Source: a virus
IMG/VR virus record: IMGVR_UViG_3300002220_000233
Strand: one strand, 5' to 3'
DNA: 64,000 nt
Under the pieces are notes generated by a model. That model saw nothing but the letters and a program-made list of their open reading frames with translations, was not told the DNA's origin and did not search any database. Both the position numbers and the translations under genes were made by a program. Of this stretch, positions 28,658-37,610 are shown one piece after another; within the stretch, counting starts at the first letter, position 1, and each line of letters opens with the position of its first letter.

Positions 28658-28957
28658 TTAAAACTTAATCCACTTTGCCAGGAACTGTAAAGCTACCAGG
28701 AGGCCTATGCCGATCCATACAAGCCTCTCCACGGCACGGATTTCCTGCTTGGTGGCATAGCTGGCCTCCTGCTTGTTCATCTGCGCCCGGAATTCGTTCA
28801 TCCCCTCAAGCCTGCGGTTCAATACCTCTGTAGCTATCTCCCGGTCCTTAGAAGATAGTTCCCTTGCAAGCACAAGGGCCCTGTCCAGCTCCTTAAACTT
28901 GAGATCCACTGCTGTCTCAAGCCGGACTAGCCGCGTTAAGGTATCTTCTCCTGCCAT
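28658..28957 (-). CDS. Coiled-coil protein with C-terminal TM
   Basis: RRLEGMNEFR..; hydrophobic C-terminus. Confidence 0.65.
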   Translation of the reverse strand: MAGEDTLTRLVRLETAVDLKFKELDRALVLARELSSKDREIATEVLNRRLEGMNEFRAQMNKQEASYATKQEIRAVERLVWIGIGLLVALQFLAKWIKF

Positions 28958-28958
28958 C

Positions 28959-29399
28959 TCACCCTCCGAAGAACTTCATCATCCAGATCGGACCTTCACG
29001 AAACAACCCTAGCTTGATTACAGTCCAGCCAAGCAGCCATAGGGCAAAGCAGAAGCCGAATACGATGATGATAAAACCAAGCTGCACCTTGAACTTCTTC
29101 ATCCCCGCATCGAAGAACCCACCAAGACCACGCTTCTGATCTTTCACAAGATCGTTCACCTTTTGAGCGATAAAGCGAACTTCAGACCTCAGACCATTCT
29201 CTATTTTCTTGTCAACAGTCTTTATATCCTGGCGAATCTCCTCAAGTCGTTCATCGCGGTACTGGGCGCGGACCATGTTCTTGTCCACTTGCTCCTTTAT
29301 ATCCCCCAGCAAGTCGAAGATTTTCTCCAGACCCTCACCGTGCTTTTCCACGCAAGCCTCCAAGTAGCCGATCTTTCTGGTAACCTCTTCATTAACCAC
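28959..29399 (-). CDS. Coiled-coil protein with C-terminal TM
   Basis: GGAGG RBS; heptad region then hydrophobic segment. Confidence 0.65.
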   Translation of the reverse strand: MVNEEVTRKIGYLEACVEKHGEGLEKIFDLLGDIKEQVDKNMVRAQYRDERLEEIRQDIKTVDKKIENGLRSEVRFIAQKVNDLVKDQKRGLGGFFDAGMKKFKVQLGFIIIVFGFCFALWLLGWTVIKLGLFREGPIWMMKFFGG

Positions 29400-29432
29400 G
29401 TGAGCGTCCTCCCTGCATTAGATTCCACGCTT

Positions 29433-29765
29433 TCATTTTGCGACCTCTGCAATCTTCCCATCCATAGTCAGCTTGCCTTCTGCTTTCAAGGCTGTGATTG
29501 CCTGTTCACGGATTTTGGCCTGTATGAGGGATTCGGTTTCCTGTTCAACCAGCCATTCAGCCTTTGCGGTTTCCTGTTCGGCCACCTTCTGCTGTAACTC
29601 CTGCGGGGTGTATTCTACAACCACTCCGTCCCGCACAGTCGCCTTCTCGTCCAAGAGCAAGTCGTATTGCTCATTAGTAATGGATACCTCACCTTTGTCC
29701 AGTTCCGGTCGTGTATCCATTCTGATTTCAAATCTTCCATCATCAAGTAACCTGACGTATCTCAT
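29433..29765 (-). CDS. Tail-fibre-associated (chaperone-like) protein
   Basis: Coupled to the fibre gene upstream. Confidence 0.5.
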   Translation of the reverse strand: MRYVRLLDDGRFEIRMDTRPELDKGEVSITNEQYDLLLDEKATVRDGVVVEYTPQELQQKVAEQETAKAEWLVEQETESLIQAKIREQAITALKAEGKLTMDGKIAEVAK

Positions 29766-30601
29766 CGTACCCTCCTTCCCGCTATCCCACCAAACATAGA
29801 CAATGTGCTTACGCTAAAGGCTGCATATCCGACTAAATAGATCGTTGTTGTTCCCGATAGACTGAAACGCTGTGTCGGGACGGCAAAGAATGGGGAACCA
29901 TGTGCAGCTGTTCTGATTTTCACACCATCCTGGCCACCCCAACCACCACCTCTCCATGTAGCTGGTATGGTTGCGGATGTGGAATTGGCCGCTGCCGTGA
30001 CTACAAAAATCAGCGTATCCGTTCCCGAACCGAGGGCGAAATATGCGTCAACATCCCAATCCCCCGCCGTCAGGGAAATGGATGTTATGTTTGCGGCAGC
30101 AGCAGATGTGAGTGCAACGGCAGAACCGGAGGCAAGATGGGCAGAAACATACTCCCCGACATACCCCGCTGCGGCATTATCGTTGGTAGCGGTTCCCTTC
30201 CATGTGTTGCCCCATTCAGGTGCAGTTGCGTCGGATTTCATCTTGAGTAACTGCCCGGCTGTGCCTTTGGCAAGTCGGGCAAGCACACTTGATGCCCTGT
30301 AATACATATCCCCGTCTGCGTCGGAGCCGATGGCAAGGTTTGAGCCGGACACCTTCATAAGCGACGTGTGGGCCTGATCCGGTGCAATCGCCTTGGCCGC
30401 TTCCGTACCTGTAATGACTTCTGCAGCGGAGGCAAAGGTAACGCCAACTTTGACCCAGGCAGAAGCAGACCCATAATACATGATGTTGTTATCATCATCC
30501 CAGGCCCAGGCGCCTTCGTCAGCCGCTCCCCACTCAGGCATGCCGCCCGAATAATGAACAACGATGAAACGGCCCTGCATTTCTATCCCGTGCGCTTTCA
30601 T
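29762..30601 (-). CDS. Tail fibre protein
   Basis: GDMYY...LARLAKGTAGQLLK..PEW; GTATNDNAAAGYVGEY..SISLTAGDWDV. Confidence 0.7.
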   Translation of the reverse strand: MKAHGIEMQGRFIVVHYSGGMPEWGAADEGAWAWDDDNNIMYYGSASAWVKVGVTFASAAEVITGTEAAKAIAPDQAHTSLMKVSGSNLAIGSDADGDMYYRASSVLARLAKGTAGQLLKMKSDATAPEWGNTWKGTATNDNAAAGYVGEYVSAHLASGSAVALTSAAAANITSISLTAGDWDVDAYFALGSGTDTLIFVVTAAANSTSATIPATWRGGGWGGQDGVKIRTAAHGSPFFAVPTQRFSLSGTTTIYLVGYAAFSVSTLSMFGGIAGRRVR

Positions 30602-30734
30602 TTGGACTCCTTGATAATCGGGAAATACACTTTTCCGTCCCGCTCTTTCAGTTCACTCGTATCTTCCGCATATGCCGGCGGAATCATGATCATCTCCCGC
30701 TCGTTGCCGTCGTCGTCTTTGATAATTATCTTCT

Positions 30735-31253
30735 TCATGATGAATAAAAGTTCAGGTTGATATACTTGTCATAGCTCGCACCGTCGCCATCAAAGAATCC
30801 AATGGCAACTTTTTTCGCCGATGAATCCGTCATAATATACCAGTGGCCGCATTCTAGGCAGTAATTTGCCGGATTATCACAGCCAGCTGTTGTTTTCTCA
30901 TTATACATTACATAAATGCCCTGACGGAGATAATACCAGGTCGATGGGTACCCGAGAAGAGAGCACTGCCCCGTGGCGCCCGTCTTGCACCCGGATGGAT
31001 AATCTGCGTTCCAGGCCGCATGGCCCCGGAAGGGAACCTCATTGGCATCATACTCAGCTCCTACAGTAACGCATTCTTCCTTATCTGTCTTGCGGGAAAG
31101 CCTCTGCGTTACAGGGGCACCATCCCATGCGTCCGGGTTTGACCGCAAGGAATTCATCAGATCCACCGCCCACTGGCGCAACATGCAGCGCTCCCAAGTG
31201 TCGCCTTCAAAGCTCACTTGAGTAAAAAGCGGTTTTTTGTATGGTCTTATCAT
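30735..31253 (-). CDS. Cys-rich hypothetical tail-region protein
   Basis: ATGA overlap with upstream gene. Confidence 0.55.
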   Translation of the reverse strand: MIRPYKKPLFTQVSFEGDTWERCMLRQWAVDLMNSLRSNPDAWDGAPVTQRLSRKTDKEECVTVGAEYDANEVPFRGHAAWNADYPSGCKTGATGQCSLLGYPSTWYYLRQGIYVMYNEKTTAGCDNPANYCLECGHWYIMTDSSAKKVAIGFFDGDGASYDKYINLNFYSS

Positions 31254-32320
31254 GCCTGATATACCCAATCCCCATAAATCGGAGCCGCATACCACGCCCA
31301 GGCTGAGGCCCCCGTCTTAAAAGAATGAAACGTTATTGTTGCGCCTATCACACACGAAGCAACGCCGACCCAGTATCCACCCGTAAGGGCTACTCCATTG
31401 AAATAGATGACCTCAGAGCCATTCGGATCAAGCCGGAAGTACTTCGCCACTGAAGTCCCAAGCGTCACCACAAAATTCATCCCAGCCGCAGCAGCCGGAA
31501 GGGTTAATGTCACGTCGGCTGACTGCCCATAGTTATTGATAATGGTATTACGGCATTCCGCGGCATCAAGGGTATCCGTTGAGGTGAAAATTACCTCGGT
31601 ACATGAATCCCCGCCGGTACCGGAAGTTCCAGATGTCCCGGATGCGCCGGAAGTCCCAGCAGTGCCACTATCGCCAGACGTACCGGATGTGCCGGAAGCA
31701 CCGGATGTGCCGGACGTTACACCAGTACCGGACGTACCAGATGTACCAGATGTGCCAGTTGCGCCGCCACCAGCAACAACTGTGGCATACCCCTCAACAG
31801 CCGTGACAAACGTAATGGTACAGTTATCTGCATCTACGTATTCGATGGTTGCCGGGATGACAACTTTGTCATCGATAATGGCTTCAACGATGACATATTT
31901 GTAGTTAATGCTATGGTTTATTGCCCAGGAGGTGCCAGCTGTACCCTGAGTATGAAGATAACCACCAACAACGCCGGAAGTGCCCGATGACCCACTTGAG
32001 CCGGATGTTCCAGAACTGCCAGAGGAGCCGCTACCGCCCTGTGCACCAGAAGTACCGGAAGTACCGGAGGTACCAGAAGTTCCTGAAGTTCCAGAATTAC
32101 CACTGGTCCCGGAAGTGCCTGGTTCACCGATGGGACCCTGCGCACCAGATGTGCCTGACGTCCCGGCAGCAAACCAGGAGGTGGATTTGCCGTAGTACAC
32201 CTGCTCTACGTCTTCGGCATAAACCATGCGGCGTTCGTCATCGGAACCACCGTGTGCAGGGAGCGACGGCACACTCTGGACTTTGATTATTCCCTTGTAG
32301 TCTTTCCCGTAATCATCCAT
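31250..32320 (-). CDS. Fibre-like protein with Gly-Thr-Ser repeats
   Basis: Two (SGT)n tracts flanking an HTQ..W.INH domain; [11 protein letters not shown]-domain. Confidence 0.75.
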   Translation of the reverse strand: MDDYGKDYKGIIKVQSVPSLPAHGGSDDERRMVYAEDVEQVYYGKSTSWFAAGTSGTSGAQGPIGEPGTSGTSGNSGTSGTSGTSGTSGTSGAQGGSGSSGSSGTSGSSGSSGTSGVVGGYLHTQGTAGTSWAINHSINYKYVIVEAIIDDKVVIPATIEYVDADNCTITFVTAVEGYATVVAGGGATGTSGTSGTSGTGVTSGTSGASGTSGTSGDSGTAGTSGASGTSGTSGTGGDSCTEVIFTSTDTLDAAECRNTIINNYGQSADVTLTLPAAAAGMNFVVTLGTSVAKYFRLDPNGSEVIYFNGVALTGGYWVGVASCVIGATITFHSFKTGASAWAWYAAPIYGDWVYQA

Positions 32321-32336
32321 GGCTTATCCTGTTGTC

Positions 32337-33227
32337 CTAAGCATTACTAATGACGCACAATACCTGGTTGTTAACTATTCCACTTGTAGTTGTCAGTTGC
32401 ACCGTTGAGCCGTAAGATGTGCCTACGGGATTCACGGCATAGGCCCTGACACGGTATCCCGTTGAGGGAGTAAGCCCCGTGATCCCCTTGCTGTATGCCT
32501 CTGCGATGAAACTCCCGTCGTCATAAACAGTCGAATCAGCCGTAGTCGGGTCGCCGGAGGTTCCTTCTTTGTAACAGAATCCCCTGCGGGTGGCGTTCAA
32601 GTCGCCAGTGGCGGTGATGGTTCCCTTGCCTGTGGCGGTGGTGGAGCCTACCGGATCGCAGTCCTGAGTCGTGACTGTCGGGACGTTCGCCATTGTGAGC
32701 GTGGCATACGCCCCGGCTTCCTGTGTCATGGCTGCGCTTTGCGCTACGGCATAAACCTGAAACAGATATGTCGCGCCGAGCGTCGCGTTTGCAGGGTCAA
32801 CGGCAAACTGAAGCTCCGTATAATTGTCGGATGCAAGGTCGATGCTCCCGGTGGTCCCGTCCGTACATTCCGTATTGGCAAGGTCGGCCCATGTCTGCCC
32901 GCTGACTGCGGTGTGCATGGCTTCCTTGCCGGAACCCTTCGGGCCTGTGACCGTCCCGCCTTCCGTCAGGGATGTGCCGGTTGCCGCCGCGACAAGTTCC
33001 CCTGTCCCGGCTCCCAAATTGACATAGGTGGACTGCCCCCCGCCCTTCCATTGGAGCGTGTAGGTTCCGGCTTGCGTGTCCTTCCCGTTGTAGCCGATGG
33101 GGACGCAGTAGATGAGCTTGCCGGCCTTTAGCCAGCCCGTTACATTGGTATCGTCGCCATAGTTGACGGATCGGTCTGAATTGACGATGACCGACCCTTC
33201 GTACATGGCATAGTAAAGGGTTCCCAT
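32337..33227 (-). CDS. Virion protein with C-terminal fibronectin-III-like domain
   Basis: PTVTT..RGFCY..ITGLTPSTGYRVRAYAVN.VGTSYG. Confidence 0.7.
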   Translation of the reverse strand: MGTLYYAMYEGSVIVNSDRSVNYGDDTNVTGWLKAGKLIYCVPIGYNGKDTQAGTYTLQWKGGGQSTYVNLGAGTGELVAAATGTSLTEGGTVTGPKGSGKEAMHTAVSGQTWADLANTECTDGTTGSIDLASDNYTELQFAVDPANATLGATYLFQVYAVAQSAAMTQEAGAYATLTMANVPTVTTQDCDPVGSTTATGKGTITATGDLNATRRGFCYKEGTSGDPTTADSTVYDDGSFIAEAYSKGITGLTPSTGYRVRAYAVNPVGTSYGSTVQLTTTSGIVNNQVLCVISNA

Positions 33228-33550
33228 CAGACCTTCCTATATTCTATGGTGCAGCCCTCCGGGGACCCCTTCCGGTCACGGCTCACGGAACAAATGAACG
33301 GCCTGTCCACCCCAAGGCTGCACATCTTCTTCGGCCCATCCGGTATAAGATGAATACACACCCCGTCCGGCCCCGCGTGGGGGATGCGCGGGGAAAGGTC
33401 GGAGCAGCACGTTCCGCAGTTGGAACACCTCTCCGTTTTGACCATGAAATGATCCTCGTGGGCGAGTTTATAGGCCACCATCTCAATCCCGGCCAGGATG
33501 CGGATATGCCTTTCATCGCACCAATCTGGAATTTCAATTACTATTTTCAT
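33227..33550 (-). CDS. YkgJ-like CxxCxxCC cysteine-cluster protein
   Basis: CSNCGTCC..C.HL..C....RPFIC. Confidence 0.65.
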   Translation of the reverse strand: MKIVIEIPDWCDERHIRILAGIEMVAYKLAHEDHFMVKTERCSNCGTCCSDLSPRIPHAGPDGVCIHLIPDGPKKMCSLGVDRPFICSVSRDRKGSPEGCTIEYRKV

Positions 33551-36345
33551 GTCGCCACCGTACAAGATAATGTTATTGTAAGCATTGTCACCGTTCCGCT
33601 AACTCCTGATATATCAATCCACAGCCAGTTATCGGCTGCAAGGGACGAGTCCGCAAAAGAGGTTATCGTTTCACCATTGGCATCCGCCACCTGGTCCGAA
33701 GAGAGAAGGTTGGACCCGGCAGATGCAATGGTTGACCGCTCCTCTATGTTAAAAGTTGCTGACGTACCGCCTACCGTAAAAGAGTCAATCCGGGTAGCCG
33801 TGTGGGCTTCCTTGAGGCGTGGCCCACCGATGCCACCAGTAGCTGGGTTAGCAATCACCCAGGTGTAAGTACGGATATTGGAGCCTGCGCCTGACGTACC
33901 GGAAGTGCCATCTGCACCCTTGGTGCCACTAGAGCCGGACGTGCCAGAGGTGCCGGAGGTACCTGAAGTCCCGGATGATCCATTGGTGCCGGATGTTCCG
34001 CTAGTCCCGGATGAACCATTGGTGCCAGAAGTGCCGGACGTTCCATTCGTTCCAGAGGACCCTGACGTTCCAGCCACGCCGGAGGTCCCTGACGTACCAG
34101 TTGCGCCTGATGTGCCGCTTGTGCCGGAAGACCCACCACCCACCACGATTGGCGCGTAGCCTTCAACGGAGCTGGCTCCAAAATGGATATTAAGATTGTT
34201 ATCGTCAATGTATTCGATGCTTTCCGGAGACACAACCTTGTCACCAACTATCGCGGTAACGGTGACGTATTTATAATTCAAGCCATGGTTGATTGCCCAG
34301 GTTGTCCCGGCGGTACCCTGGGTGTGAAGAATGCCGCCGGTGATGCCCGACGCGCCTGAGCTGCCGGACGTGCCGCTACTACCACCTACGCCGGAGGTGC
34401 CTGAGGTACCTGCGCCAGAGGTCCCTGAAGTACCGCTATCACCCGAAGTACCTGAAGTCCCATCTGTGCCTGATGCTCCGCTGGTACCGCTTACCCCGGA
34501 CGTACCGGAGGTACCACCCGCACCGCTTGTTCCAGAAGTGCCGCTTGTCCCTGAGCCTGATGTTCCGGACGAGCCGTTTGTCCCACTTGTTCCGGAAGAA
34601 CCACTAGTTCCGGATGTGCCAGTTGTACCGCTAGTCCCCGACGCTCCGGATGTTCCGCTGGTTCCAGATGCTCCACTGGTGCCGGATGTCCCATTAGTAC
34701 CGGAAGTTCCGCTTGTGCCGGTAGCGCCGCTGGTACCGGATGTGCCACTCGTGCCCGAGGTACCGGAACCGGACGTTCCACTCGTGCCGGATGAACCACT
34801 GGCTCCGGACACTCCGCTGGTACCAGAGGTGCCGTCTTCCCCGCTCGTTCCAGAAGTTCCATGCGTACCGGTACTGCCGGAGGTTCCACTGGTACCGGAC
34901 GTCCCAGACGTACCACTAGCGCCGCTGGTGCCGGATGTGCCAGTTGTACCAGAGGTGCCACTGGTGCCACTGACGCCACTGCTGCCGGATGTTCCAGGCC
35001 CACCGTCTACGCCGGATGTTCCAGAAGTTCCTGAAACGCCCGATGAGCCGGAGCTGCCACTGGTTCCGGGATTGCCATCCACCCCGGAAGTACCAGAGGT
35101 TCCATGGCTCCCACTCACACCCGAGGCTCCTGAAGTCCCTGAGGTTCCAGAAGTGCCAGTAACGCCTGAGGTTCCGGAAGAGCCGCTCGTCCCAGACGTA
35201 CCTGAACCACCATCTATACCAGAAGTGCCGGAGGTACCGTCAGCACCATCTTCTCCAGAGGTCCCGGATGTGCCGGAATTACCATTGATGCCCGAGGTTC
35301 CCGATGAGCCTGATGTCCCGGCAGTGCCAGAAACTCCACTTGTGCCAGACGTACCAGACGTTCCAGAACTACCATCAGCGCCATTCCCTCCACTGGATCC
35401 AGATGTCCCTGAGGTTCCACCTGTGCCACTCGTACCGTCCGATCCACTGGTACCACTCCCGCCCGACGTGCCTGATGTCCCGGAGGAACCCGTACCACCT
35501 GAAGTACCCGAGGTGCCGGAGGTACCAGGGGCTCCGGAGAGAGTGTTCCAGTACTCCTCCCAGTTGACGCCCACGCCAGGCTCGTCGTTTGCGGTGGAGG
35601 TGTGATCCTGGAGGGATACGTACATCACGCCGTCATTGGACACAACATCCCCGGAGTCATAAGAGGTGGTTATGACCCAGTCGCCCTTGGGGGTAAGGCT
35701 CTGGCCGGAGGACCCGGAGGACCCTGACGTACCGGAAGTCCCGTCGGAACCTGCCGTCCCCGATGAACCTGAAGTGCCCGAGGTTCCTGAGGTTCCCGAT
35801 GTGCCGGAAGATCCACTCTCGCCGCTGGAGCCACTTGTCCCGGAGGACCCGTCCTCACCGGAGGTCCCGGAGGTTCCGTCTACGCCGGAGGTACCAGAGG
35901 TGCCATTGCCGGAAGTCCCAGAGGTGCCTGATGTTCCGTCAGACCCGTCCTCGCCGCTGATCCCGCTGGTGCCACTGGTTCCGGACGTACCGTCTTCCCC
36001 ACTGGTGCCCGAGGTGCCATCAGCGCCAGATGTTCCGCTGGAGCCGGATACGCCAGAGGTCCCAGACGTTCCGGAGCTGCCATCAGTACCGGATGTTCCG
36101 GAGTCGCCGCTGGTGCCGCTGGTCCCTGAGGTGCCAGCTTCGGAAAACAGCTGCCAGAAGAGGGGGTCAGTGGGGAGATTACCGGTGCCCGGAGCTACGG
36201 CAATATAGGAGGAGCCCTCATAGGAAACGCTGTCCCCAATGGCATAGGTCGTCAACGGATCATACTCGCCGCGCGGAATGATATTGATCGCAATCGTCAC
36301 GGTCGAGCTTGAAAACCCGGGAATCTCGTAATACCTGTCAGACAT
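33547..36345 (-). CDS. Long Gly-Thr-Ser repeat fibre protein with two CBM5/12-like modules
   Basis: 932 aa dominated by SGTSG repeats; two Y..GD.V...G..Y..W modules. Confidence 0.8.
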   Translation of the reverse strand: MSDRYYEIPGFSSSTVTIAINIIPRGEYDPLTTYAIGDSVSYEGSSYIAVAPGTGNLPTDPLFWQLFSEAGTSGTSGTSGDSGTSGTDGSSGTSGTSGVSGSSGTSGADGTSGTSGEDGTSGTSGTSGISGEDGSDGTSGTSGTSGNGTSGTSGVDGTSGTSGEDGSSGTSGSSGESGSSGTSGTSGTSGTSGSSGTAGSDGTSGTSGSSGSSGQSLTPKGDWVITTSYDSGDVVSNDGVMYVSLQDHTSTANDEPGVGVNWEEYWNTLSGAPGTSGTSGTSGGTGSSGTSGTSGGSGTSGSDGTSGTGGTSGTSGSSGGNGADGSSGTSGTSGTSGVSGTAGTSGSSGTSGINGNSGTSGTSGEDGADGTSGTSGIDGGSGTSGTSGSSGTSGVTGTSGTSGTSGASGVSGSHGTSGTSGVDGNPGTSGSSGSSGVSGTSGTSGVDGGPGTSGSSGVSGTSGTSGTTGTSGTSGASGTSGTSGTSGTSGSTGTHGTSGTSGEDGTSGTSGVSGASGSSGTSGTSGSGTSGTSGTSGTSGATGTSGTSGTNGTSGTSGASGTSGTSGASGTSGTTGTSGTSGSSGTSGTNGSSGTSGSGTSGTSGTSGAGGTSGTSGVSGTSGASGTDGTSGTSGDSGTSGTSGAGTSGTSGVGGSSGTSGSSGASGITGGILHTQGTAGTTWAINHGLNYKYVTVTAIVGDKVVSPESIEYIDDNNLNIHFGASSVEGYAPIVVGGGSSGTSGTSGATGTSGTSGVAGTSGSSGTNGTSGTSGTNGSSGTSGTSGTNGSSGTSGTSGTSGTSGSSGTKGADGTSGTSGAGSNIRTYTWVIANPATGGIGGPRLKEAHTATRIDSFTVGGTSATFNIEERSTIASAGSNLLSSDQVADANGETITSFADSSLAADNWLWIDISGVSGTVTMLTITLSCTVAT

Positions 36346-36646
36346 TGGACTCTCCGCTAAATATCGACTCTGCAACATCCATCTTGATGCGGGCAATCAG
36401 CTGATTGATGGCCGCAGCATACGCATTTCTGATCATTTCCCTCCGGCGAATCTTGGAAAACAGCCAGAGCCCGAGGATTGGAACATTTTCAAGGATGCAG
36501 GTCAGAAGGATGGCTGCAAGGTCACCGATGGTATAACGCTTTATTGGCATCCCGGCATAGAAAATACTAACCTCAAAAGTCCCATGATAACGCTTGTTGA
36601 TGGTGATGCTGAGGTCCACATCTACGATGGTCGGGATCTGTTCCAT
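36338..36646 (-). CDS. Hypothetical protein
   Basis: Translationally coupled ORF. Confidence 0.55.
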   Translation of the reverse strand: MEQIPTIVDVDLSITINKRYHGTFEVSIFYAGMPIKRYTIGDLAAILLTCILENVPILGLWLFSKIRRREMIRNAYAAAINQLIARIKMDVAESIFSGESNV

Positions 36647-37017
36647 TATTCAGCCTCCCTGAAATCTACTTCTGCTGTGCCGGTTACAACCACTGATCCG
36701 TACTGGGAAAAGGTGAAGGTAAGGTTAACCTCCTCCACAGTCCAGGTAATCGGGATACGGTAGTTCCCGGACTGGGTTATAACGTAGGACGTTGCAGCGA
36801 TGATCCGCGTAGCCAAGTTGACGGAAATATGCTGATAGCGATCAGCCCGGTTAAGCTGCTTCGACCCATAAGACAAGGCAATGCGAATGCCGTCCTCGTC
36901 GCCCTTGGTGTATTTGACATAAAGGAGGCCTCCGGTTCCGTGGGCAGTAGCGGTATATGTCGCCACCAGGCCGACAACCTGCAGGGTGCCAACTGGTGAT
37001 GTAAGGCCAAGCGCCAT
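36646..37017 (-). CDS. Hypothetical beta-rich virion protein
   Basis: TAATG coupling on both sides. Confidence 0.6.
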   Translation of the reverse strand: MALGLTSPVGTLQVVGLVATYTATAHGTGGLLYVKYTKGDEDGIRIALSYGSKQLNRADRYQHISVNLATRIIAATSYVITQSGNYRIPITWTVEEVNLTFTFSQYGSVVVTGTAEVDFREAE

Positions 37018-37568
37018 TATGACATCTTTCCGCCAAAGTAGGCACGCATGTAAGTAAGGTCGGCGTCTTCAGCAAGCAGCTTCATGCGACCGAATCTGCA
37101 CTTGGCATCCTCGTCGATGATGGTCGGAGTAGCAGCCGAGACGTCAACCTTCGTCCCGGAGAAGTCCACGTAGGTCCCGGCCCAGGACTGCTGGATGTAA
37201 ACGTCGCAGGCGCCGGAAGCGTAGACCGACCCGCTGACCTCCCAGAAGCCTGCCAGGTCCTGCCATTCAGTGTAGAAGATCTGGTTCATCTTCCCGGAAC
37301 CGGCTGTCTCACCCGTGCCCCACGCGACCGTGACACCGTTCTCCGAGACCGCTGTAGCCAGGATGTAGGAATCGTCGGAATGGATGTAGGTGATCAGGCC
37401 GACGATATTGCTGTTGGAAGTGCCGGTGACCTGGAAATAGTCGCCCACTGTCCACCCCGTACCGATACCTACGGACGCGAGCTTGCCCGTGGCCTGCGTG
37501 ATCACGATGCTGCCGGTGAAATACTGCAGGTTCTCTGCAACGCTCTCAAATAACTCAATGTTGTTCAT
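37017..37568 (-). CDS. Hypothetical beta-rich virion protein
   Basis: GGAGGAGG RBS; follows portal. Confidence 0.65.
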   Translation of the reverse strand: MNNIELFESVAENLQYFTGSIVITQATGKLASVGIGTGWTVGDYFQVTGTSNSNIVGLITYIHSDDSYILATAVSENGVTVAWGTGETAGSGKMNQIFYTEWQDLAGFWEVSGSVYASGACDVYIQQSWAGTYVDFSGTKVDVSAATPTIIDEDAKCRFGRMKLLAEDADLTYMRAYFGGKMS

Positions 37569-37610
37569 ACCCTCCTCCTATTTCTTCCTTAATCAATCGA
37601 AGTCTTGTTG

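Noticed and set aside
33878..36208. Plus-strand ORFs of PEVP/PDVP/PLVP repeats (e.g. 34331-35605)
   Set aside because: Antisense shadow of the GTS codons; no RBS and opposite to the operon
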